Shown piece after piece: positions 38,050 through 50,173 of a DNA stretch of 64,000 nt. Origin of the DNA: the human T2T-CHM13v2.0 reference genome, Homo sapiens; NCBI RefSeq assembly GCF_009914755.1, contig NC_060931.1; one strand, 5' to 3'. Numbering within the stretch: position 1 is the stretch's first letter; each line of letters starts with the position of its first letter. The notes under the pieces were generated by a model, which did not search any database, was not told the origin of the DNA, and was given only the letters and a program-made list of their open reading frames with translations. The translations under genes and the position numbers were made by a program.

Positions 38050-40660
38050 CCACATGTGCCACCGCTATTTGGGCTATTTTTAAGGCCCAGAGTTCGCTGC
38101 GACTGGGCTGAGGTTGAAAAAAACCAAGCACTGTGTGCAAAGACCGCGGGCAACCTGGGAGCGCGAGCCGAGGCCGAGAGCAAGCCGCAGCGCCCCCTCC
38201 CCAAGCTCTGGAGCGGCGGGAGCCTCCACCGGCTACTGTGGGAGGGGGTGCTTAAGGGTGGAGGAGCTGGGTGACCGCAGGCGGATCCGCCGGCGTGGCG
38301 AGCTTCCCAGAGGTGCCCGAGGGCGTCTGCCCTCTGGGTGTGCCTCCGGGAGGGCTAGAGAGCTCTAGGTTGGCAAGATCCCAGTGACCATTGGGAGGCG
38401 CGCGATCCAAGGGGTTGCAGGGATGGGGCGGAGAGGAGGGGCGGTTGGGTAGCCTAAAGGTCCCTCTCCCAGAATACAAGGAAGCGCTAAGAAGGAGGAT
38501 GTGGGGGCAGTGTTCCAGCAGGCATCCCAGGCTCTTCGGGCTGGAGAGCTCAGGAGACTGAGCGGTGTCAAGGCTGGAGTGAGCTATAGGGTGCGCTGGG
38601 AGGAGGTGAGCGCAGCCTGGCTTTGGCGCGCTGTGGGTGACTCCCAGGACGGCGCGGCCAGGACGCCGCGAGCCGTGGGGCGTCCGGTGGGATCAAAGGA
38701 ACCAGAGGAGGCCAGCCGACGCGTCTGGGATTGTGGGATAAGGGGCGGGAGAGAGGAGATTGACATGGGCGGGGAGATCCTGGCCTGGCCTGTGTCACCG
38801 GAGGGGGTTGTGTGCGTTTGTGTCTTTGTGCGGATCAACGCTCTCGGGCCTGAGGCCGTGCCCTGGGTGGATCCGAGTGTGAGTGGACAGGCTCCCGGGT
38901 GGGTGCCCAGACGGGAGGGAGAGCGAGCGAGCGAGATCAAGGGCAGCGAGGTCTGCGGGTTCCTCTGTGTGTGTGTCTCAGGCCCTGTGGCTCAGCACTG
39001 GAGCCGCCTGGCACCCACAGGAATGCGGCTTCTCTCGGATCCCCAGGCCGCCCCTTGTCCCACAAGGAGGTGGCCGCCAGGAAAAAGGGGGGAAAAGGGG
39101 CAGAAATCCGCCTAGCTCAACCCGAGCCTCAAACAAAGGCCAATTTATCTGATCTCTTACAGGATGGCCCAGGAGGTGGTCTGGGCACCGAGGAATCGCG
39201 CTGGCCCTGACCGCATGCCCCAGCCTTCCTGGGGTTTGTGAGGAGCTCTGAAGGTGGGGGTGAGGTGTTGTAAGTAAGGGGTGGGGAGTATGAAGACGCC
39301 CACTGAAAAGAACATTAATCTTAGAAAGGACTTGATTCGTCTTGGGAGCACTATACTGAGAGCTAGGCAAGTGGAAACCGGAAGGGGCAGGCAGAGGGGT
39401 CACCCAGTGCGATGTCAAGAGTGGGGCCGGCTGGTCCGGGAATATGCTGGGGAGTGGAGCACGTTTATATTCGACGTAGGAAAAACAATGGAGAGGAAGA
39501 GAAGGTGGAAGGGAGGGCAAGGGAGAGAAACATCACATAGATATTTTTAGACTTTGCTGAAGATCTGTTATTTTTACATCCTTGGGCTCGGGACGGCAGG
39601 GAGTTAAATTCCCCTGAGAGAATCCCCATGGGGCCAGGGAAAGCCCGCTGCAGACTGGTTTACCAGAATATTTTTGTCCACGGCTCCCAGACCAAGCTAA
39701 AAAATAAAAACCGCACGAGAGAAAAGGCCTTTGCGAGTGGAAGAAGTGAGGTTGGCACAAGGGAAGGAATCCTGAAACCAAGTCTGTGTCCGCGCGGCGT
39801 TGGTCTGGGCCACCTCGCAATGAGGCTTTAGTGATCTTAACGACAAGCAGCCTCAAAGCTAGGGTGGAGGAGTGGTCATTTAGAAAGAGCTTCCCTCTTT
39901 CTCTAGAAGAATCCGAACCCTCCCTTCCCTCAGCTCGGCCGCGCCCGGTGAATAGGGATGAGGAAGGGATCCCCCTTCTTTTCCACCAGTAATGGGGCTG
40001 GGGAGTTGATAGGGACAGCTGGAAAAATATCTGCCCTCTTTGTGTGCACAAAGGAAAACAGTATGTTCCAAGCACATTCTTGCCACTCACAGGCAGCCAG
40101 TAGGTGAGAAATATTGGAGGTGTGCAGTGGGTGCGCCCTCACCCCCAACCTTCCCAAACACGCACCCCTTGGCAGGGAGAGGCGTCCGCGCAGGGGAAAG
40201 CCAGGCGCTGGCACACCGCGGGCGCGGGTTTCTCCCAGTCGGAGTCGCCAGAAATAAAGCGCTAGCTCTCGGTGTAATGGAAACTCCCGAAATCCTTACA
40301 AGCAAAGAAAGAAAAGCAGGAAGTGGATATCTTCATCTCTTCCCCAATCCCCCTATTCTCTGTGAGCGCAGAAAACAAAATGGGGCACCCTTTGGCTTCC
40401 CGCCCCCCCCCCCCCCCGCCCCCCGCAAACCTTCCTATTGCCCCCTCTTCCCCGCACCCAGTGCTCCTTCCGAGAAAGTACGGCTGGAGCGGACTGGGGA
40501 GACGGAAATATTGAGTCGCGGCCGCTGGGGGTGCCGGAGGAGGGGTCCACAGGCCAGGCTGCCGGGCGTAGTTCTGCCTCGGAGCCAGGCTGCGGGATAT
40601 GTCTAAAGAGCGGTCAAAATACTGATTCCTCCAAGAAGCAAGCTGTTCCACACTGGCGGG
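38050..40660. other. Intergenic CpG island(s) between DLX6 and DLX5
   Basis: High CpG density and no credible ORF. Confidence 0.7.
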
Positions 40661-42090
40661 CCTGGTAACTCTTCTAGAAAAAAAGTAAAGGAGAAGAGAA
40701 CGAAAAAAATAAAGGAGGTGGAAGGGAGGTAGGGAGAGAAGAGGAGGAGGAGGCAGGCAGAGAGACAGAGAAAATGAGAGAGAAAGAGAGAGAGAGAGGA
40801 GAGAGAGACGAGACAGAGAGAGAAACATGTAGGTAAGGTAAATTCCCCTCAAGGCACATAGCGTGCCTTTTCAGGTCTAGTCTCCCAACCCTGGAAGAGC
40901 CTTCTGAGAAATCCTCAGTGACAGGATATAATTTTTTATGCTCTAATCTACCCCCACTTTAAGAAGGCTCTTTTGTCACATTTATTGCTGCTGACTTCCT
41001 AGCTGTAAAATATTTCACATGCATCTTGTAATTTCCAACCCAACATTTTCCTTCGTATCCTAAGGAAAGAGAGTCTGGCCCACTGAAGGACGGCCAGACA
41101 GAAAGACACCTACAATTCAGGCCTGGGTCTTTAGGTGCAGTGCATAGCTCTGGTCATGCTGTTGGTATCTACATGCAGGAGTGCAAGAAGAAGGAAGGGA
41201 CACAGGGCACAGCTGCAGCAAGTCCTTCCTCTCTGTCCCAAAGAAGGCTTCCCAAAGGAGAAATCCTAGTAAACAGATTCTATTTTGCATCATTTAGAAC
41301 CTGTTTGCCACTGTTTTATGTAAAAGCAAAACAGAGGAAGCTCCTTCCTGAAAAAAGGAAGGCGGGAAGGGAAATATTAAGAGTATTATCTCACACAAAA
41401 TGAAATCAACACGGCGCCACAATGCTTTCATTCCTTCCTTTCCCCAACCCTGAAGTTCCCTCTTCACAATATCTGCAATGTTTTCATCTCTCGAAAAGAG
41501 CCGATACATTTATAATCATACTCCAAAGAGTCCAAGGTTCTATCATTTGCCATGCTCCAAACATTTTAGATTTTTAAAAAATGTAATAGGTGTGAGGCTA
41601 GATTTCTTTTTCATTTTCTCATCTCTGGAAACTCCCTTTGAAGGGTAATTTGTCTAATTGCTCTGGCACTACACAGAGGCTGATGGGTGGGGGCGCTTCT
41701 CCAAGATAATTGCTTTGAGCTTAGAATTCAGAGGGGTTATTGAGGGATTTCTGTTGCCTTCTAACTCACATACAGGGTGAGAGGGATGTATTTTTATTTC
41801 AGCATTACTTTCTACCTGAAACAATTATGAGATATGGCAGTACTATAAACATGCCATATATATTATATATATATATATGCACACACACACACAAAGTATA
41901 GCATTGAACATATATACATATACAGTCTGCATGCATAGAGCCCCGACTTCTGTTTTCTTTTTTGCCTTGTTGGATCTCTGCAGAGCTTGTCCTTCTTTAG
42001 TTGCCTTCAATAAAACTTCACTAGCCAGTTATCAGAGGGGCAGAATGAAGTATTTTTCAGAAACATTCCGCTTTTCATGGTCGAAATAAT

Positions 42091-42096
42091 TTTATT
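42091..42096 (-). terminator. DLX5: DLX5 poly(A) signal AATAAA
   Basis: TTTATT on + about 320 nt past the stop codon, with upstream TGTA elements on minus. Confidence 0.75.
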
Positions 42097-42412
42097 TATC
42101 CAGAATATACAGTTTAATTCCTCTATCTACACTTATTTACATGGCTAAAATAACATTGAAAAAAGTCTTTTGAAAAGTTGAGGTCATAGATTTCAAGGCA
42201 CCATTGAAAGTGTCCACAGTTGCGCAAAAAAAGTCCTCTGTAAAAAAAGGGGGGGGTCTTTTGAAATGCAATAACTTACATGCAAAAAAAAGCTTTACAC
42301 ATGAATCTTTTTCAGTTTTCCGAACTTCCCCATATGAATTCCTTTCTTTATGATTTTCTAGAACAGCAAAACACAGTAGTCCCAAAAAAGAGAGTAAGAG
42401 AGAGCAGCCCAT

Positions 42413-42877
<465 letters not shown>

Positions 42878-43828
42878 CTACCGCCAAGAAGCTATGCCTT
42901 AGGCAAACCATGGAGCTCTGGCCCCAGAGGGCGCCCTGGCCGGCTCGGGGCGCCCCGGCCCAGCGAGGCCACGACCCCAAGGCTTGTCTTTTGTTTGGGC
43001 TGGGGGTGGGGGACGCCAGCGCGGCGGGTGTGCGCCCGAGTGTCCTCGGCGGCGGCGCGCCTCGTGTAAGCCTGCGCAGGACGCGCGGAACGCGGCGAAG
43101 GTCTCCAAAACAATCGCGCGAGCCCGGCGGGGAAGGGGCGTGGGGCGGGCTACGCGCGCCTGTGGTCAGAAAAAGGAGCGAGCTCCCAACCTCCCGTCCT
43201 ACTCCCTTCACTCCCTCTGCAGCTCAGAGAGGCCAGAATCTGACTGCAGCTCTTGGCGGCGACTCGAACATTCTTTATGCTTCCGTAGGCCCCAGCTGGG
43301 TTGGAGGAGTAAAAGGAATGGGACAATCCAGGAAGACTTCTCACGTACAATAGCGCCCCCCACCTCGCGACCCTTCGGTGGCCGTGGCCTGAAGCTCCCG
43401 TAGGCTCAGGGCACGACCCTTCAGTTTCTCCGCTCCAGGCGACGTTCTCAGCCTTTTCTTAGCCTGAGACCACCGCGAGAACACCAGGCCTTGCTCACCC
43501 CCGAGGAGGCTCTACATTGTTAAGAAAACCAGATAGCTGCTCTGGGCTGCCTAGGCCGCCCTAGAAATAACCCTCCGCTTGCTTTCAACCCGCGAAATTG
43601 GCCCCACAGCTCCGGAGGCCCGCTACGGGGTGGGGGCGGGGGGCGCGGTTAGTGGGAGGTATCTCCAGACCGCTGATGAATACCATCCCCACCGTCTCAA
43701 GGCCTGACTCACCGAGTTAAAGCATAGGGGCTGATGTCTTTGGGTCTGTTAGTTTCTCACGGGTACTGTCGAAACAGCTCCAGTCCCATCGAGACTGAAC
43801 CGCGCGACCCAACCAGACGTGCAGCTCA

Positions 43829-44065
<237 letters not shown>

Positions 44066-45009
44066 TCAGTTAAAGCTTGTCACCAGACAATGCCCCTTTT
44101 GCGGAAGGGCCTCAAATAGAGTCCTAGAGTTTCTTACCACTCAGTCTTCATTCTTTGCCCATATCACCACCACCTTTGCTTTTCAGGACCGCGATAAATA
44201 TGCACCTACCCCAAATATGGAAAAGCGGGATAGCCTCTGATTAATTCCTACTCTGTTCATTCAGATAGTTTGTGCAAAGCGCTTCCTACAACACTGCTTT
44301 CTCCTTGGCATCTGGGATTCAGCTCTTGCGGTCGTTGCTTCTTCTCCCGGACTTGTTTTTACGCCCACCCTGTGCTCCTCCGCGTTTCCGCCCCTCCCCA
44401 GGCTTCAAGAACACCAGCCCCTCCCCAGGCTTCAAGGAGGTGGCCCTGGGCCGTGACCCTACTTCTGTCGGCGTCTGTTCGGGCGCCCGCAGAAGCCAGA
44501 CTCTTGGGCAGGGAAGACGCTAACCGAGGTCTCCAAAGTTCAAAGACCCACAAGCAAACTGCTCCTTCACTTCAGCAGCAAGCGGTCGGGGCCGCCGCAG
44601 ACAGAGGGTCGATTATGCAACCCCCATAATCTCGCTGCAGATCTGCGAGGGCACAGATGTGTCTGGTTTCTTTTACAAATAGACTTAATATGTTCTTGGC
44701 AAAAAAAAAAAAAAAAAAGAAATCTTCCACTTATGCACGGAATACAGAGAGAGTGAAAGAAACGTAGACACCTCAACCCGGGGCTCTCTTTTAAAGTTCA
44801 GCAAGAGTCACACACTGAGAAGGAACCGGTGGTGGGGTGTTTTCGTAGGAAAGGGGCGGCAGGTCAGGATGAGATTCTCACTGTCATGAGTATGGGTTTG
44901 GGCGGGAGGTGGAGGGATTGCCAAACGCGTGTTGTACAAACCTGCCCTGGGGCTACAACTCCCCTTCCTCAAAACTACCACCCCTCTGGAACTGACGGAG
45001 AACCTCTCC

Positions 45010-45012
<3 letters not shown>

Positions 45013-45046
<34 letters not shown>
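45013..45046 (+). repeat. (GT)17 microsatellite in DLX5 intron 1
   Basis: Direct read. Confidence 0.95.
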
Positions 45047-45047
<1 letters not shown>

Positions 45048-45769
45048 AAGTTCCAGGGAGAAGTGTGGAGGATGAGGGCTGTGGTCTCAATTCTGCCAGA
45101 GTAGGGGATGCTAATATTAGCAGGATTATTAATGTGCTGGTGGGAAGAGATCAAACCTTACCAATAAAACCTCTCCGCCGAGCCTCATGCCTTTCTCTTA
45201 CCGCCCAAGCTCACTAACCCTCTTAAACTCTCTAAGTAAGTTTCAAAGCGGACGAAAAAGGAGGACGGAAAGACAAATTGTGGGCGCCTATGGAGACAGA
45301 AAAAAAAATCTATCCTACAACGTGACCCCTCAGCAACCCTCCTCCACCTTTAAATGGCTTTTTGTTTTTGGAAATGCCTGGATAAACCGCAAAACTCTCG
45401 GCGCGCTCTTCTCTGGCTGGCTACAACTCCTTAACCCCCCCACCCCCACCCAGCGTGCTCAGGGCACCCGCACCGTGCTAGCTTGTGGCGGCTCTCAAAC
45501 TAATCCTGACTGAGTTTTTGAGGCAGCCTTCTATTCCCACTCGCACCAACCCAGCACGCTTACCAAAATTCCCAAGTAACCTTCTCTTTGTTACGCAAAC
45601 GCCAGGAGCTGCTTGATTCTTTCTTCTCTCCACCCCTATCCCCTTTCCAGCCTAGCCGGCTTCCTGGCCGGGCAAGCTGGGAATTCAGCGACTGAAGGGC
45701 CTTGGAAGGTGCCGGAGGGGAGAGACGCTAGTTCGAACCTCCACAGGGCTCTCCTACTAAAAATCCCTA

Positions 45770-46297
<528 letters not shown>

Positions 46298-46489
46298 TCA
46301 CGGGCGGCGGCAGCGGCTGTCCTTGCTGTTGTGGCGGCGGCAGCTGCCCTAGTTGGCTGTGGGGCTGCTCTGGTCTAAGCAGACATGGCTGTGGGAGCGA
46401 GGGAGGAGGAGGAAGAGGAGGAGGAGAGAAGGAGGAGGCGGCGGCCGCGGCGAGGAGGAGACTGGGAGTCGTGAAGTCTCTGTCTCCGG

Positions 46490-46600
46490 CCGGCTGACTG
46501 CTGGCTGAGGCGCAGCACAGCCTTGGTTAAATCCTTAATTGCGCGCTTACGCACAGCGGGGTGGATCTGGTTCTATTGGCCAGGGCCTCGGGAGCAACAG
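46490..46600 (-). promoter_or_regulatory. DLX5: DLX5 proximal promoter
   Basis: On minus: CCAAT (ATTGG 46575-46579), homeodomain site CAATTAA (46541-46535) and a TATA-like GATTTAA near 46530, upstream of a GC/TCC-rich 5' UTR. Confidence 0.6.
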
Positions 46601-49600
46601 TAACACCCTAACTCGTCCAACTAGTTTTAGCACAACAAAGCATTGCTTAAAAAGGGGGTGGGGGGTACTGAGGGGGTGTGTGTGTTTGTGTGTGTGCGCG
46701 CCCGCGCGCTTGTGTGTGTTTTTGCTTGTTGTGGAGTGGGGAGGGGTCTTAGTCTATCTGTTTTTAGTAAATTCCAAAGACATCGCAGAAGCCACAGCAC
46801 AAGGCTCTGTGATGTCTGGGGACAATGTGTTCCAATCAGAAGCCTCAAAAGTGCACATGTTTTGGGAATGAGGTGGGCGACCATCTTTCCTTGCTTCCCA
46901 CTACCCCGCCCCCGTGGGCTGCACCAAAGGCGAGTGTAGAATTAAACACTGATACTGAAATAGGGAGTCAAGGTGCAGGGAGTGGGGAGCGGGGGGATGT
47001 AGGATGGAGGCAAGAAGGAAGGGAAACAGCATTTTTTTTTTTTTTAGTGGAGTGTTGGGAAGCAAGTTGTAACTTACATGTTTTGAAAATTTGCTCTTTG
47101 GGGAAAGAGGCAACTTCCTTTGCAGGAGATGAGTATCTCCCGGACGCGGGCTGGACAGGAATGCCCAAGAAGGCACAATGTCCATTAAGCCGGTGAATGG
47201 CAGGGAGAGTTCCTGCAGCCCAAAGTCCTTATAATGACTTTTAAAAATTACTGTCTTAAACACATATAACTTAAGGAAGCCCAAATCCTCGTTGCTGGCT
47301 TGCAAAAAGAGCCAAACAGCTCCACTTCTGTTTAATATTTTCATCTATTTTCAAGACATTGGAATAAAGGCTCTTTAACTATGTTCAGTGGCCAAAGACT
47401 CCCGCAAAGGTGAATGGATCCATGTATAACCTGCCATACCTCCAGGAAAGAATGGGAAAGTCTCGGAAGTGGGGAAGGAGACAAGGATCAAAGCCTTTGC
47501 AAAGTCAGATGATGCTCATTGATTTCCCCCTCCTGGCTCCATGAATGTGGCCCAGTCTCTCCATTTCCCAGACCCGGGTTTCTGTACCCTCTCCCCTTTA
47601 TTTCCTGCTGCAAAGACATCCTACTTAGCTCGTATGCAAGGGAAGAAAGGATTCAAGAATCATTCAGTTGATACACGAGATCTAAACTTTGCTCTTCAGG
47701 AGGTGCTATCCTTGTTCTAGTCGTGATTCAGCTGGGAGTTTAGAAATTCAGCATAAAAGTCTCTCCCAATCCCCATTGTTACTCCCCTCAAATAGGCAAC
47801 TCCGCGGACTAGATCCTGATTTGGGGCCTTCCTACATCTTCCTTTACGGGGTCCAAGACCGGCAATCTGGGAGTTCCACAGGCTATCTAGGGTTATCTGG
47901 CCTCCCCTCCGTTTTCCCTCCTACCGAAGAAGAAAGCGTCTGTGTTAGTTGTGTCTAGTATTAGTTTAGCCTTACTTGGAGTGTGGAGCCACTCGGCCTA
48001 AAACAGGCCGACGGGTAGAGGTAGGGTGTCTGGAACTCAGAGCAAGATACAGCCCCGCTCAGGAACTCCAAAGCAGAGCTGCCGCGCGTGCACCAACTCC
48101 CTGCCTTTGCGGTCTGGACTGCACCAGAAAAACACAGCTATTGTCGCACTTCCTTTCGGGGGAAACTTCAGCACCGGGAGACTGGCGCCCAGCAGCATTC
48201 TCCTTCTCCCACTGGCCCGAGTCACGAGCTTTGGGCCTGGGCTGCCGCGGGCTTCTCTGAGATAGACTTCGGGGTAAACAGAGCTGCAGCTGCCAGCCAG
48301 CCCTGACTTGACGCTGTCGATTACCGACAGGCTGTTAACCGTCTAGATGTAGGCTGTGAGGAGCTAAAGAACAGGAGGGAAACATGGGTCTGCGGTCCTG
48401 GGCTCTGCTCTGGAGAAGTTATCGGCGCCCATCGAGTCACCTGATACACACTGCCATTTAATTACAGAAATCGCTTCCTCAGATCAATGCCAAGGACAGT
48501 TCAAAGCACCTCCCGGCAAAGACAAGTGGGCAGGGAGCCAGGCCTCCCTTCCTCTGGTCCCCTATCTTCGACACTTTTGGTTAAATAGAGATTTGAGTTA
48601 CCACATGGTTATACTGAACAGGGTGTTCCTAGCAATGCCCTTACACCTTGCTGAGATGGCAGATTCTAACCAGGATGGGATTGGAAGCTGCAGAATTGGG
48701 GCAAAATTTAGAAGTTCGGGATCCGATTGAAAATAATGTTACAATGTCAAATTAGTTCTAGACCTTGCTAAATTTCACCCCCCCAAAACCCCGCAGTCAA
48801 AATGGACATTCTTTCCCACATTTCATAAAAGACAAAAAGGAGTGGGCCGGGAGGGAAGAATTTAACTTCTTTGTTTCGGTTCCTAAAGCGTTAGAACGTT
48901 GGCCCTCACGCAGACTTGAGCCATTCTGCTTCTGGGTGAGACCAAATCTGGATGTGTCTCTACAGGTCCAGAGCCTCAACTTTCTTGATTTTGTTCCTCT
49001 TTTCAAGGTTGACCCCACTCCCCACTCCACCCCTTCCTTAAAAGCAGCCGGGAGGGAGAGGAAGCACTAAGTTAAAAGCAGCGGAGAGTCTGTTCACAGT
49101 ACAGTTTTATTTAATTTCACAATATAGGCATTGTAGCTCTGTGCACTGCCGGCTGCTCTGCGGGCCTGTCTGCGGCTTCGGACCCACGCTCAGGACATAC
49201 ACCGGCCAGTATCCCGGCTCTCGGAGCAGCAAACTTTTGCTGGTGTTGTGAGGGAGTTCTCACACTAGGGCCTCCAGCTTTGTCCTAAGGCCAGCGGGCT
49301 GGACGCTATTGCCTCTCAAAATCCACCGACAAATCCAGCCGTGGAGAAACAGCCCCACGGCATCAAACTCTTCCAGCAGTGCGCTTCCCGCTGAGACACG
49401 TAGGAAGAATGTAAGTAATTTCATCTTTTAGTAGCTGAAATCTGCAAAGGGAGGGAAGGGGAAGTAGCGGGAGGGAAGCCCTAAGATAAGTGCAAGTCTT
49501 TACCACGAGCGCCACCCAGTGTCCTCGAGCAACATTGCGCAAATGGCAAACCCCAAGCTCAGTCACTGGCCAGACACCAACTGGTCCTTAGTGTTAGAGT

Positions 49601-49843
49601 TCACTTCCAGGTGGCTTTCTTTCTCTGTACTTCCAATACATCTTTCTCTCAATTCCCATGCCCTTTCCTTTCCTTCTTGTACATTCATACTTTTCCTTCC
49701 TCCTCCCACCGGCTCACCTTTTTCTGGGTCACCTTTTTCTTGGTGCCCCCTGTCCTATCCCTCAATTCTTAGGTGTAAGGCGCTCCTTCAGTGTCCCCAC
49801 CTGGGGTGACTGGAAGGCATCAAGGATGACTCTCCTTTCCTAG

Positions 49844-50173
<330 letters not shown>

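Noticed and set aside
38501-40852. Several 180-204 aa ORFs in the intergenic CpG island
   Set aside because: Overlapping on both strands, no recognisable domains; stop scarcity is explained by GC content and simple repeats.
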